Source: Macrostomum hystrix (taxonomy: Eukaryota > Animalia > Platyhelminthes). From it: a stretch of DNA of 64,000 nucleotides. Each line of letters opens with the position of its first letter. Within the stretch, counting starts at the first letter, position 1. Where the stretch lies: NCBI GenBank assembly GCA_950097015.1, contig CATNEN010000003.1, positions 8,928,001-8,992,000 of the forward strand. The letters run 5' to 3'. A program made the position numbers and the translations under genes. The notes beneath the pieces are model-generated. The model was given only the letters and a program-made list of their open reading frames with translations, did not search any database and had not been told where the DNA came from. Shown piece after piece: positions 50,490 to 64,000 of the stretch.

Positions 50490-50652
50490 TTATTGATTGA
50501 TCAGCTTATTGATTGATCAGTTTATTATTGATCAGTTTATTGATTGATCAGTTTATTTATTGATCAGTTTATTGATTGATCAGTTTATCGATTGATCAGT
50601 TTATTTATTGATCTGTTTATTGATTGATCAGTTTATTGATTTATTGATTGAT
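50490..50652. repeat. 16-bp tandem repeat (TGATCAGTTTATTGAT)n
   Basis: About 10 copies. Confidence 0.88.
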
Positions 50653-52222
50653 CATCTCAATCACTTATTGATAACATTTGCTTCTAGAATCGGTTTTTCA
50701 GTTAAACTTACGATCAGTTTATTGATTAAACGATTGTGAATAATCAATCACGTATATTAAAATTATCCCTATGTGCAATGCTTGCTAGAGAACGAGAAGA
50801 TAAAATTAAGTGACATTATTCTGTAAATAAAAGAAATAAACGAATAATTTTTCTAAAAATCGATTTTCATTATTGTAGGTCACTTTGTGTCTATCACAAA
50901 ACTGGACGGGCAGTCTTTGTTTTAATTTGATAAGTTATCTTAACCGTATTTAACGTCTATAAAAAAATCAGTGAATCGTGTAATTACCGTTCCAATTCTC
51001 TTTTGTATAAAAGTTTCTAAATGATTAACTATCTGATCTATCTGGTCTAAGCGTTGTAAATCAACACTTATGAGATAATAGGCATAAAAGCTTCTCACAC
51101 TTTACTCACAATTATATCTATGCTCACTCGAGTTCGAGTCTTTGGGGTGAATTAACCCCTAGAAGCAGATTCTAGCAATATTGGCGCTAATCTAATTTTT
51201 ACCGGATTTCTGCTGCTGGCTGATGAAGGGGGCAGAGACAAAAAAGCTTTTAAGGCAGCCAAAAATGAGACGATATTGTCAACTGTGCATGCTCGAGTAA
51301 AGTCTTCGGGAAAGGTCCACCCTCTGGCTATAACTATAACTGGCTATATGAGGTGAGACAGTTTTACAATCGGGTTTAACCCCTATACGCCTAACTCTTA
51401 TATAAGAATGAGCTGGGGCGAACGCAGGTAATTGGAGCGAAAAGTGTGTGTGTGCGCGCGCGCCATTGTAGGGGAGTATAAGGGGAACCGTTGATGATAA
51501 ATGATGCGTAAAGAATTCAGGGATTTCTTCTTGAAATTTTCTCCCACCCCCACCAAATAAGAAATTGGGGAGAGGAGATAGTGGAGTGACCTCTGGTTTG
51601 AGAATGGGAGACACGTGCAGCAGTGAGTGCAGACCAGATTTATCAATCCAAGCGATTAATAAGACTCTGTATATCTATAGTCTATGGTCAAGCCCTGCAC
51701 CTTGACAACGCTTAGAAATAGACCATAAATGGATATTAAGAAGCCTATAATCTATCTATAAAGAGGAACTTAATAATTCGTTTAAGCATGCAGGCAGTTT
51801 AATAATGCTAGAATGGTCACTTGCTGATTATATTTACCAGAATCTGATGTCATAGTCTGCAACTGCCCCGCTCCTAGCGACTAGAACGGACGCTTGGGGA
51901 AAAAATCCCCGCATTCGACGAGCAACAGAAATTGCTCCTCGACAATTTTCTTTCGACAAAGCAGGAACGATTTCTGCTCAGGTGCGCTCAGGGATAACAG
52001 GTGCGCCATAGGTGATGGGCGTATAAGGACCTGCTGATTTTGTAGAAGCAATTTTAGCTTTGTTGGATTGCAGAAATCGCGGACTTAACGACTGGGCCAA
52101 TGACGTCATGCTGGAGTGAATAGTCTGCTCAGAATCGTGATGTAGTACACATTGGAATCTAAATTAGACACAGGAACTTGCAAATAGTTACTGTTGAAAT
52201 GAATGACTGCATTTTTAATTTC

Positions 52223-52415
52223 CTTTCCGCCCCTTCCACTCGTTTTTCCGCCCCTTCCACTCGTTTTTCCGCCCCTTCCACTCGTTTTTCCGCCCCTTCC
52301 ACTCGTTTTTCCGCCCCTTCCACTTGATTTTCCGCCCCTTCCACTCGTTTTTCCGCCCCTTCCACTCGTTTTCCGCCCTTCCATTCGTTTTTCCGCCCCT
52401 TCCACTATTTTCCGC
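52223..52415. repeat. 21-bp tandem repeat (TTTTTCCGCCCCTTCCACTCG)n
   Basis: About 9 copies. Confidence 0.92.
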
Positions 52416-53404
52416 CATTTCCACCACTTCTGTCGTTTCCATTTTCACCCGTCTAGTTTACTCAATTTTCTGTCTCATCCGCCCCTCAACCACCTCCACC
52501 TCATCCGCCACTACCGCCGTTTCCATTTCCTTCTGTGTACTAGCAATCCATTGTGACCAATAATCTTAATCTTACGGGATAGTTAGATTAGCAATTGAAT
52601 TTCGCATTGGTGGCATCATGAAGATTTTAGCACATTCTTAGAAACATGGCCGACATTTCTTAGAATTCCAGTTGTGTCGATTAAATCAAACGCATAATTG
52701 GCCTTTGTTCGACATTTTTATTAATCTTCGCCCCCCTGCAGCAGTCTGTAATTTAATTCGACGCGAAAAAATCACCACCTGCAAACTCGAAGAGGTTCAA
52801 ATTCAGCTTTTTTTCCAGATTCACATGCTTCGATTGATTTTTTTGGTCCACATTTTAATAACGCTTCAACGCCTAAAAAATCTCGCCAAGAAGATGAAAG
52901 TGAGAACAATGAAAGGGGATTGAGTTTAAAAAAACCCAGTGGGAGATTTTGCAACGCTTCCGCATCGTTGACAAATTTTTTATATCCCCCCGCCCGAGGG
53001 GACAATGTGACTTCTCTGAAGCTCCGGCTAAACAGGTGGCTAAAACACGGTCTCAGCTTCTCAAATTAGTTTTATCGATATGCGGTAGTAGATTTGCAGA
53101 TAGCATAGATTGTGTTTGGCTTGCTATTCTGTCTGCAGGACTTAGGGGAAAAGGCACCCAGTATTTATCAGCATAGTAATTATAATAATGCGACTGCTCA
53201 GGTAAAAACAGGGGCCCGAGGCATAATTAGGCTTAAAAGTCAGTCAGCGGCTGGTCTCAAAGATATCGAGTAGGCCTACGAGAGGTGAAAGTTTTTTTGT
53301 TCACCGTTCAAAGTGGGCAATGTGCCAAAGATAGGATTTCTGCTTTGAAAGGGGAGTCGAACAGCTCACTCCCATTCTCTCATACTGTTCTCTCTCCTAC
53401 TCCC

Positions 53405-54303
53405 TCCTTTCCGACTCTGCTTTCTGACTCTCCTTTCTGACTCTCCTTTCTGACTCTCCTTTCTGACTCTCCCTTCTGACTCTCCCTTCTGACTCTCCTT
53501 TTTTAACTCTCCTTTCTAACTCTCCCTTCTGACTCTCCTTTCTAACTCTCCTTTCTGACTCTCTTTTCTGACTCTCCCTTCTGACTCTCCTTTCTGACTC
53601 TCCTTTCTGACTCTCCCTTCTGACTCTCCTTTCTGACTCTCCCTTCTGACTCTCCTTTCTGACTCTCCCTTCTGACTCTCTTTTCTGACTCTCCCTTCTG
53701 ACTCTCCCTTCTGACTCTCCCTTCTGACTCTCCTTTTTTAACTCTCCTTTCTAACTCTCCCTCCCTTCTGACTTTCCCTCCCTTTTGACTCTCATTCCTG
53801 ACTCTCCTTCCTGACTCTCTTTTCTGACTCTCCCTTCTGACTCTCCTTTCTGACTCTCCCTCCCTTCTGACTCTCCCTTCTGACTCTCCTTTTTTAACTC
53901 TCCTTTCTAACTCTCCCTCCCTTCTGACTTTCCCTCCCTTTTGACTTTCCTATCTGACTCTCCTTTCTGACTCTCCTTCCTGACTCTCTTTTCTGACTCT
54001 CCTTTCCAACTTTCCTTTCTGACTCTCCCATCTGACTCTCCCTTCTGACTCTCCCATCTGACTCTCCCTCCCTTCTGACTCTCCTTTCTGACTCTCCCAT
54101 CTGACTCTCCCTCCCTTCTGACTCTCCTTCTGACTCTCCTTTCTGACTCTCCTTTCTAACTCTCCTTTCTGACTCTCCCTTCTGACTCTCCTTTCTGACT
54201 CTCCCTTCTGACTCTCCTTTCTGACTCTCCCTTCTGACTCTCCCTTCTGACTCTCCTTTCTGACTCTCCCTTCTGACTCTCCTTTCTGACTCTCCCTCCC
54301 TTC
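53405..54303. repeat. 13-bp minisatellite (CTGACTCTCCYTT)n
   Basis: Tandem copies. Confidence 0.95.
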
Positions 54304-55239
54304 TCTCGGTCCCGGATCTGGCAGTTTGTCATTCAGCAAGGTTTAAATCAGTTTTTGCATGTTTAGCCTGCTGTATTATTTCATAATCTAAATATGGAGA
54401 ATTAAATAAATCAAGAGCATAGGTAAAGCTTCTACCAAATGATTGTGCTAATGAAGTAAATCACGCCATTTCATTTTTAAGTAGTGATTCAAACAGAAAC
54501 TTTCTGTTCCACCCCTTAGAAATAGATAAAAGAAAAATTTTCATCCGAAGAAGCTGACGCGGAGACACACAGAGAGTGAGATCCTGCACAATGAACTCCC
54601 AAAATTTCAGAGGGGATCAAAATAGGGATTTCAAACAGCTGCCGCATCTTTATTTTTCCGCGATTATTTTCCAAACCTGGATGCTCAAGCTAAAGCCCTA
54701 ACAACCCCCGCTGGTCAGGAACTCGCAACTCACGCAACTCTTGGCAAAATATCCCCCCAGCCCCTATCCCAATAATAATACCCTACCCAACCCAATGAGC
54801 CACTGCGATTTGCCACGCCAAAGCCGTGTGGGCAGGCGGAGCTTAGCAAAAATAAAGCCATCATCAGCGCCGTCGCGTCATCATCAACATCATGAGCAGC
54901 AGCAGCAACAGAAGCGCATCATGCAGACCATATGGCTGGAATATCTTCAAATTCAAGAACAGAGCAGTCTTATAGCTATTTTACAGGATTAATAAGGGTT
55001 GAATGACTCAAAACAATCTCAGACGGAGATTCTGAACTAGAATTTTTATCTCTAATTGGCACTCAGCATCCTCATATCCGTAGGTGTGTGCAGGAAACTT
55101 CCGGTCATTTGGATTTGCATGAACGCATACAAAATTCAATGCATTCTCAAACCTCTCTGAGTCTGAGTAGGAATTTGAAGTATTCCGCTCCAGTTTTTTG
55201 TATCGTTTTATAACCTGTTCATTTAAATGAGAAAAAATT

Positions 55240-58200
55240 GGAGGGTACTGGAGGGTATTGGAGGGTATTGGAGGGAGATTGGTAGACACTGGGAGAGATT
55301 GTTAGACACTGGGAGAGATTGACAAACACTGGGAGAAATTCATAGACATTGGGAGAGACTGTTAGACATTGGGAGAGATTGTTAGACACTGGGAGAGATT
55401 GTTAGACACTGGGAGAGATTGTTAGACACTGGAAGAGATTGATAGACACTGGGGCAGATTGATAGACACTGGGAGAGATTGATAGACATTGGGAGAGATT
55501 GTTAGACATTGGGATAGATTGTTAGACACTGGAAGAGATTGATAGACACTGGGGCAGATTGATAGACACTGGGAGAGATTGATAGACACTGGGAGAGATT
55601 GATAGACACTGGGGCAGATTGTTAGACATTGGGAGAGATTGATAGACACTGGGAGAGATTGTTAGACACTGGGAGAGATTGTTAGACACTGGGAGAGATT
55701 GTTAGACACTGGGAGAGATTGTTAGACATTGGGAGAGATTGTTAGACATTGGGAGAGATTGTTAGACATTGGGAGAGATTGATAGACACTGGGAGAGATT
55801 GTTAGACACTGGGAGAGATTGTTAGACACTGGGAAAGATTGATAGACACTGGGAAAGATTGTTAGACACTGGGAGAGATTGTAAGACACTGGGAGAGATT
55901 GTTAGACATTGGGAGAGATTGTAAGACATTGGGAGAGATTGTTAGACACTGGGAGAGATTGTTAGACACTGGGAGAGATTGTTAGACACTGGGAAAGATT
56001 GATAGACACTGGGAAAGATTGTTAGACACTGGGAGAGATTGTTAGACATTGGGAGAGATTGTTAGACATTGGGAGAGATTGTTAGACATTGGGAGAGATT
56101 GTTAGACACTGGGAGAGATTGTTAGACACTGGGAGAGATTGTTAGACACTGGGAGAGATTGTAAGACACTGGGAGAGATTGTTAGACATTGGGAGAGATT
56201 GTTAGACATTGGGAGAGATTGTTAGACACTGGGAGAGATTGTTAGACACTGGGAGAGATTGTTAGACACTGGGAGAGATTGTTAGACACTGGGAGAGATT
56301 GTTAGACATTGGGAGAGATTGATAGACACTGGGAGAGATTTTTAGACACTGGGAGAGATTGATAGACACTGGGAGAGATTGTTAGACACTGGGAGAGATT
56401 GATAGACACTGGGAGAGATTGATAGACACTGGGAGAGATTGTTAGACACTGGGAGAGATTGTTAGACATTGGGAGAGATTGATAGACACTGGGAGAGATT
56501 GTTAGACATTGGGAGAGATTGTTAGACACTGGGAGAGATTGTTAGACACTGGGAGAGATTGTTAGACACTGGGAGAGATTGTTAGACACTGGGAGAGATT
56601 GTTAGACATTGGGAGAGATTGATAGACACTGGGAGAGATTTTTAGACACTGGGAGAGATTGTTAGACACTGGGAGAGATTGTTAGACACTGGGAGAGATT
56701 GTTAGACACTGGGAGAGATTGTTAGACACTGGGAGAGATTGTTAGACATTGGGAGAGATTGTTAGACATTGGGAGAGATTGTTAGACATTGGGAGAGATT
56801 GTTAGACACTGGGAGAGATTGTTAGACACTGGGAGAGATTGTTAGACATTGGGAGAGATTGATAGACACTGGGAGAGATTGTTAGACATTGGGAGAGATT
56901 GTTAGACATTGGGAGAGATTGTTAGACACTGGGAGAGATTGTTAGACACTGGGAGAGATTGTTAGACACTGGGAAAGATTGATAGACACTGGGAGAGATT
57001 GTTAGACATTGGGAGAGATTGATAGACACTGGGAGAGATTGTTAGACACTGGGAGAGATTGTTAGACACTGGGAGAGATTGTTAGACACTGGGAGAGATT
57101 GTTAGACACTGGGAGAGATTGTTAGACATTGGGAGAGATTGTTAGACATTGGGAGAGATTGATAGACACTGGGAGAGATTGTTAGACACTGGGAGAGATT
57201 GTTAGACACTGGGAAAGATTGATAGACACTGGGAAAGATTGTTAGACACTGGGAGAGATTGTTAGACATTGGGAGAGATTGATAGACACTGGGAGAGATT
57301 GTTAGACATTGGGAGAGATTGTTAGACACTGGGAGAGATTGATAGACACTGGGACGGATTGATAGACACTGGGAGAGATTGTTAGACACTGGGAGAGATT
57401 GTTAGACACTGGGAGAGATTGATAGACATTGGGAGAGATTGATAGACACTGGGAGAGATTGTTAGACACTGGGAGAGATTGTTAGACACTGGGAGAGATT
57501 GTTAGACATTGGGAGAGATTGATAGACACTGGGAGAGATTGTTAGACACTGGGAGAGATTGTTAGACACTGGGAGAGATTGTTAGACACTGGGAGAGATT
57601 GTTAGACAGTGGGAGAGATTGTTAGACATTGGGAGAGATTGTTAGACATTGGGAGAGATTGATAGACACTGGGAGAGATTGTTAGACACTGGGAGAGATT
57701 GTTAGACACTGGGAAAGATTGATAGACACTGGGAAAGATTGTTAGACACTGGGAGAGATTGTTAGACATTGGGAGAGATTGATAGACACTGGGAGAGATT
57801 GTTAGACATTGGGAGAGATTGTTAGACACTGGGAGAGATTGATAGACACTGGGACGGATTGATAGACACTGGGAGAGATTGTTAGACACTGGGAGAGATT
57901 GTTAGACACTGGGAGAGATTGATAGACACTGGGAGAGATTGTTAGACATTGGGAGAGATTGATAGACACTGGGACGGATTGATAGACACTGGGAGAGATT
58001 GTTAGACACTGGGAGAGATTGTTAGACACTGGGAGAGATTGTTAGACACTGGGAGAGATTGATAGACACTGGGACGGATTGATAGACACTGGGAGAGATT
58101 GTTAGACACTGGGAGAGATTGTTAGACACTGGGAGAGATTGATAGACACTGGGAGAGATTGTTAGACATTGGGAGAGATTGATAGACACTGGGAGAAGAT

Positions 58201-58408
58201 TGTTAGACACTGGGAGAGATTGTTAGACACTGGGAGAGATTGTTAGACACTGGGAGAGATCGTTAGACATTGGGAGAGATTGATAGACACTGGGACGGAT
58301 TGATAGACACTGGGAGAGATTGTTAGACACTGGGAGAGATTGTTAGACACTGGGAGAGATTGATAGACACTGGGACAGATTGATAGACACTGGGACGGAT
58401 TGATAGAC
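55240..58408. repeat. 20-bp minisatellite (GGGAGAGATTGWTAGACAYT)n
   Basis: Over 150 copies; 500-bp higher-order recurrence (57389/57889). Confidence 0.98.
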
Positions 58409-58746
58409 AGAGATACAGAGACGTCCCAGAGATCCCAGAGACATCAATTAGAAGACTTTGAGCCTGGAAAGCGGAAAAGTTGTATCCCTTCCAATTCTGG
58501 GAGATAATTGATCAAAATTAGGACAGCAATCTACAGCAATTCTCACAGCAAATTCAAAGAAAGCAATTGGTGTGCGCAATCGCAAAGCTGACCAATTATG
58601 TATTCTTTGACGAATAATTGTTTTGCCAACGATGAGAACTGAAGTATACTCACCTGATCCTCTCGAGATTAAAGGTGGGTGCAATTTAAATACTGTTCTA
58701 ACAATTTAGCTACGTAGATAACGAGAAAATTTTTCTGGCAAAAAAA

Positions 58747-60560
58747 GCTATGGACACCCTACAATGCTCACGGACACTCATCAAGCTACTAGCTATGGAC
58801 ACCCTACAATGCTCACGGACACCCATCAAGCTACTAGCTATGGACACCCTACAATGCTCACGGACATCCATCAAGCTACTAGCTATGGACACCCTACAAT
58901 GCTCACGGACACCCATCAAGCTACTAGCTATGGACACCCTACAATGCTCACGGACACTCATCAAGCTACTAGCTATGGACACCCTACAATGCTCACGGAC
59001 ACCCATCAAGCTACTAGCTATGAACACCCTACAATGCTCACGGACAACCATAAAGCTACTAGCTATGAACACCCTACAATGCTCACGGACATCCATCAAG
59101 CTACTAGCTATGGACACTCTACAATGCTGATGGACAACCATAAAGCTACTAGCTATGGACACCCTACAATGCTGATGGACAACCATAAAGCTACTAGCTA
59201 TGGACACCCTACAATGCTCACGGACACCCATCAAGCTACAAGCTATGGACACCCTACAATGCTCACGGACACCCATCAAGCTACTAGCTATGAACACCCT
59301 ACAATGCTCACGGACACTCATCAAGCTACTAGCTATGGACACCCTACAATGTTCACGGACACCCATCAAGCTACTAGCTATGGACACCCTACAATGCTCA
59401 CGGACATCCATCAAGCTACTAGCTATGGACACCCTACAATGCTCACGGACACCCATCAAGCTACTAGCTATGGACACCCTACAATGCTCACGGACACCCA
59501 TCAAGCTACTAGCTATGGACACCCTACAATGCTCACGGACACCCATCAAGCTACTAGCTATGGACACCCTACAATGCTCACGGACACTCATCAAGCTACT
59601 AGCTATGGACACCCTACAATGCTCACGGACACCCATCAAGCTACTAGCTATGGACACCGCTTGCTGACCACCTGGCCATCAGGGAGGAGCCAGCTCTGCG
59701 CCGGGCCCCTCCCCCCCGGCTCCGATTGCGAGCACCGTCATTTATCGTCAGATTAATGATTGGACCGCCAACCTCCATCTTACCCGGTGGAGAAGCACCA
59801 CTAACTGCCGCCAATCCAAAGCGGCAGTTCCAGTGCCATCCGCTCGGCTCCGGAAGGTCCTTCTGAACCAGACCCGGAAGGACATCCGGGCCCTCACCAT
59901 GACCCTCACGGGCCATGGCTGCTACGCCAGACACTGTTTCCTCCGTGGAGACCTCCGAAGTGAGCTGTGCCCTTTCTGCAACCTTGAGGACGAGGATGCC
60001 CTGCACTTCCTCTGCCACTGCCCTTTCTTCACCAGAGAGAGGCTTAATCACCTCGGACCAAACCCATCCATGGACGATGTTTGCAGATCCGAGAACATCC
60101 CGCGGCTCGTCCGGTTCCTAAGGGCTACCAGACGAGCCTCTTTCTTCCCCAGCGAGGAACAAGCTGCAGGAAGGACCGAACACGGACCTCCCTGACTGGC
60201 CCCGCGCCATCGGCCGATTGCGGGTCTTTCAGGGATTAGCGGAATGGGCGACTCCCGCCTCCCCGCTGCGTCCGTCGGACCGCCCTGCAGATAAGTCAAG
60301 TCAAGCTATGGACACCCTACAATGCTCACGGACACCCATCAAGCTACTAGCTATGGACACCCTACAATGCTCACGGACACCCATAAAGCTACTAGCTATG
60401 GACACCCTACAATGCTCACGGACACCCATAAAGCTACTAGCTATGGACACCTTAAAATGCTCACGGACACCCAAAAAGCTACTAGCTGTGGACACCCTAA
60501 AATGCCTACGGACACCCATAAAAGCCACTAGCAATGTACACCCTAGAATTATCATGGACA
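58747..60560. repeat. 45-bp minisatellite (AGCTATGGACACCCTACAATGCTCACGGACACCCATCAAGCTACT)n, interrupted by a retrotransposon
   Basis: About 20 copies left of and 5 right of the insertion. Confidence 0.96.
59659..60303 (+). mobile_element. 5'-truncated non-LTR retrotransposon (RNase H-bearing I/LOA-type group), 3' end of ORF2
   Basis: LADHLA (RNase H end-like) followed after a frameshift by ...WTANLHLTRW...CRQSK...TLTGHGCYARH...CPFCNLEDEDALHFLCHCP (C-terminal CCHC motif); short (AAGTC)n tail; 13-bp TSD AGCTATGGACACC at 59646-59658 and 60304-60316. Confidence 0.88.
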
Positions 60561-61544
60561 CTGAATAAGCCACAAAATGAAGTGGACACCCTGATGTTCT
60601 TACGGACATCCCAAAATGACAAATTCTTGCCGTGACAACCTGAGATCTACAGACAACCCTAAAGTATAAACTGAGGTCTTGGACACCCTGTAATTCCCAT
60701 GGAACCCCTAAACAATAAAGTCAAGCAGTACACCCTGCTATTCTCAAATCCAGAATAAATAAATCAAGACTAATAAAGCATTATTAATAGTGTTTTTGTC
60801 TCCAAGAAAAAGTAGATTTAGCATTCATTATCTGGATATAATTTTTTGTTCCATCAATCGAGGAACAAGAATTCAACTGTCTGACGAATGCCAGCTCGTT
60901 TATAATTGATCAACTTTTCATTTTTTTTTCGAGGTGAAACACAAACGACAATTTGCATAAAAGCAAAAAGTAATTGAATTCAAAGTTCATAGTCAGCCTA
61001 TTCTTTCTGAAAAAAAATGAATAATGAAGACTAAGCATCAGGATAACACAAAACCGACACTTTCTGACGCATATTGGACAGATAAATAAACGTTCTTAAT
61101 ATACTACTTATTACTACTTAGGACCAAAACGACCTAAGTAGTGTTAACAGAGCAACCCAAAAATTAATTTAGTTAATTATAATGACCCTTAAATATGATA
61201 TTTAAGTTTAAAACATATTGTATCCTCCATACTACTAGAAGTAGAGCACAATGAAAATCTGCTTAATTAAATAGCAACAAAAAATAAGTGTCACCGCACA
61301 CATAGCATTTGTTTTAAATACGAGTATAAGCTTCCAAATGTAAAATGTTTATTGTGTATGTTATCATGTTATCCTTCCAACTCAAAATCGAATGGTAGAC
61401 AAGGGGACACAAAAATTCAAAACAACATGTAATAAAATCAGTTGGGAGTACAACACGAAGAAACCTGTTTATATTTTAATTTTTCTCACATTTAAACCAA
61501 TTTTGGGGTAATTGAAATATTACCTTATTAATCTGATGAGATAA

Positions 61545-62372
61545 AGCAGGGGAGAGATGAGAGAGGGGAGAGATGAGAGAGGGGAGAGATGAGACAGGGG
61601 ATAGATGAGACAGGGGAGAGATGAGATAGGGTAGAGATGAGACAAGGGAGAGATGAGACAGGGGAGAGATGAGACAGAGGAGAGATGAGACAGAGGAGAG
61701 ATGAGACAGGGGAGAGATGAGACAGGGGAGAGTTGAGACAGGGGAGAGTTGAGACAGGGGAGAGATGAGACAGAGGAAAGATGAGACAGGGGAGAGATGA
61801 GACAGGGGAGAGATGAGACAGAGGAGAGATGAGACAGGGGAGAGATGAGACAGAGGAGAGATGAAACAGGGGAGAGATGAGACAGAGGAGAGATGAGACA
61901 GGGGAGAGATGAGACAGAGGAGAGATGAGACAGGGGAGAGATGAGACAGAGGAGAGATGAGACAGGGGAGAGATGAGACAGAGGAGAGATGAGACAGAGG
62001 AGAGATGAGACAGGGGAGAGATGAGACAGGGGAGAGTTGAGACAGGGGAGAGTTGAGACAGGGGAGAGATGAGACAGAGGAGAGATGAGACAGGGGAGAG
62101 ATGAGACAGGGGAGAGATGAGACAGAGGAGAGATGAAACAGGGGAGAGATGAGGCAGAGGAGAGATGAGACAGAGGAGAGATGAGACAGGGGAGAGATGA
62201 GACAGAGGAGAGATGAAACAGGGGAGAGATGAGACAGTGGAGAGATGAAACAGGGGAGAGATGAGACAGGGAAAGAGATGAGAGAGGGAAGAGATAAGAC
62301 AGGGGAGAGATGAGACAGGGGAGAGATGAGACAAGGGAGAGATGAGACAGGGGAGAGATGAGACAGGGGAGA
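61545..62372. repeat. 16-bp minisatellite (GAGACAGRGGAGAGAT)n
   Basis: Tandem copies downstream of ABCE1. Confidence 0.96.
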
Positions 62373-62671
62373 CTAGATAAATACATTGGAATGGGCAGGT
62401 CTAGGAGCATGCGGGCCGGAGGTTGCTGACTAATAACAGACAAATAACTGAGGTGATGAGTATTTCTTGTGCTATGATATAGGGTGAAGCAGGTCAAGCA
62501 GGACGATGATTTCCAACCATCATAGCCAAAGCAACAACAGCAACAACAGCAATAGCAGAGTCGGGCGCAAAGTCTTATTTATCCCAAAAAAAGATTAGGA
62601 AAATGCATTGCAGCCGCGAGTCACTAACAATCCGTGAGAAAATGAGAACGTTAGCGGCGCAGTTAGTACCC

Positions 62672-63850
62672 TCAATCTTCCAAGAAGAAGTAGTTCCCGC
62701 TCTTCTTCTGTTCCGAATCCTTCACACTGTTGGCCTTGTTAATGCGAGGCCGGAAATTGTTTGGATCGCGGCGGAAAGTGATGCCCAACAGGTGCAGAAA
62801 ACGGTTCATGCCGGCTAGCAGGTTCTCGGGACTGTTGGCGCGTGTGTCAACACCGGGCGAGCCGTCAAATACGATCACCTAGGGGGAGGTTAATAGGAGG
62901 TAATCCGAATCGAGACAGATCCTGCTGAATCAATAAGACAGAACCTGAATGAATAAGACTGAACCTGAATCAATAAGACATCCTAAATGTTTGAGACAAA
63001 TCCTGAATCAATTGGACAGATCCTGAATGTTTGAGACAGATCCTGAATCAATTGGACAGATCCTGAATGTTTGAGACAGATCCTGAATCAATTGGACAGA
63101 TCCTGAATGTTTGAGACAGATCCTGAATGTTTGAGACAGATCCTGAATCAATTGGACAGATCCTGAATCAATTGGACAGATTCTGAATCAATAAGACAGA
63201 ACCTGAATCAATAAGACAGACCCTGAATCACTTGGACAGATCCTGAATGTTTAAGACAGATGCTGAATGTTTGAGACACATCCTGAATGTTTAAGACAGA
63301 TGCTGAATGTTTGAGACACATCCTGAATGTTTAAGACAGATACTGAATGTTTGAGACACATCCTGAATGTTTAAGACAGATGCTGAATGTTTGAGACACA
63401 TCCTGAATGTTTAAGACAGATGCTGAATATTTGAGACACATCCTGAATCACTAGGAAAGGTCCTGAATCAATAAGCTAGAACTAGAATTATTGAGACTCT
63501 AAGTGAACCTTTTGAGACAGATCCTGAATCACTAAGACGGAACTTAAATTCTAACCTAAAATAGGTACAGGAAATCCCCTATTTTTTGGTACTCGATAAG
63601 TACTTACCTGATCAGCCAGATAAGTAGCCATGATAAAGTCGTGCTCAACCACAAAGGCGGCCTTCTTAGCGTGCAGAATATATCGCTTGATAACTCGAGC
63701 CGCATGTAGACGCTGCTCGGAATCCAGGTAAGCGGACGGCTCGTCGATTAGGTAGACATCGGCAGGTGTGCCAAGACAGATGGCTAGGGCGACGCGTTGC
63801 AGTTCACCTCCGGACAGGTTCTGCACCTCTTGATCGTAGAGACGCTCAAG
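62672..63850 (-). CDS. ABCE1: ATP-binding cassette sub-family E member 1 (RLI1), last two exons; 5' part outside window
   Basis: Exons 63850-63608 ([47 protein letters not shown]) and 62878-62672 (..[33 protein letters not shown]) joined by a phase-0 GT-AG intron. Confidence 0.97.
62910..63540. repeat. 20-bp minisatellite (GACAGATCCTGAATGTTTGA / ..CAATTG)n, ABCE1 last intron
   Basis: Tandem copies with variants. Confidence 0.93.
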
Positions 63851-64000
63851 CTGAAACGTGTTGGTGCAAAGTAAAGTGTGGCTATACTATGTTCAATAAA
63901 ATAAAGAACCATGGAAATGAGTATTAGACAAGGAAATCTATGGAATGCTGGATGAATATCCAAAGAATCTCAGGATGAACATCCCAAGAATCAAGGATGA

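Noticed and set aside
54741-55289. Short ORFs with poly-Q/H or an exon-like frame
   Set aside because: No homology recognised and no coherent multi-exon frame; kept only as a weak transcript hypothesis

Overview
Intron-rich animal genomic DNA with the standard genetic code. A free-living flatworm such as Macrostomum is a guess from the repeat style and CAG runs, not something the sequence proves. Six protein-coding genes were assembled by hand through GT-AG junctions: a TTLL10-like tubulin glycylase paralog A (minus, 7 exons), G-protein alpha-o (plus, 7 exons), an orphan 2-TM protein, TTLL10-like paralog B (plus, 5 exons), the bHLH factor NHLH/NSCL, and the 3' end of ABCE1 (minus). Mobile DNA comprises four clear copies plus one relic of a tRNA-derived SINE, a 5'-truncated non-LTR retrotransposon and a hAT-type MITE. 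The dominant feature is about 34 distinct 13-45 bp minisatellite arrays covering roughly half the window: 16 of 19 complete introns and almost every intergenic gap carry their own array, no coding exon does, and several arrays grow out of, or supply, splice signals. Other highlights: the two TTLL10 paralogs carry different, complementary active-site substitutions; a SINE target-site duplication copied a splice acceptor; and an 81-bp piece of one intron's array sits inside another intron's array. Most long ORFs in the supplied track are repeat artefacts.
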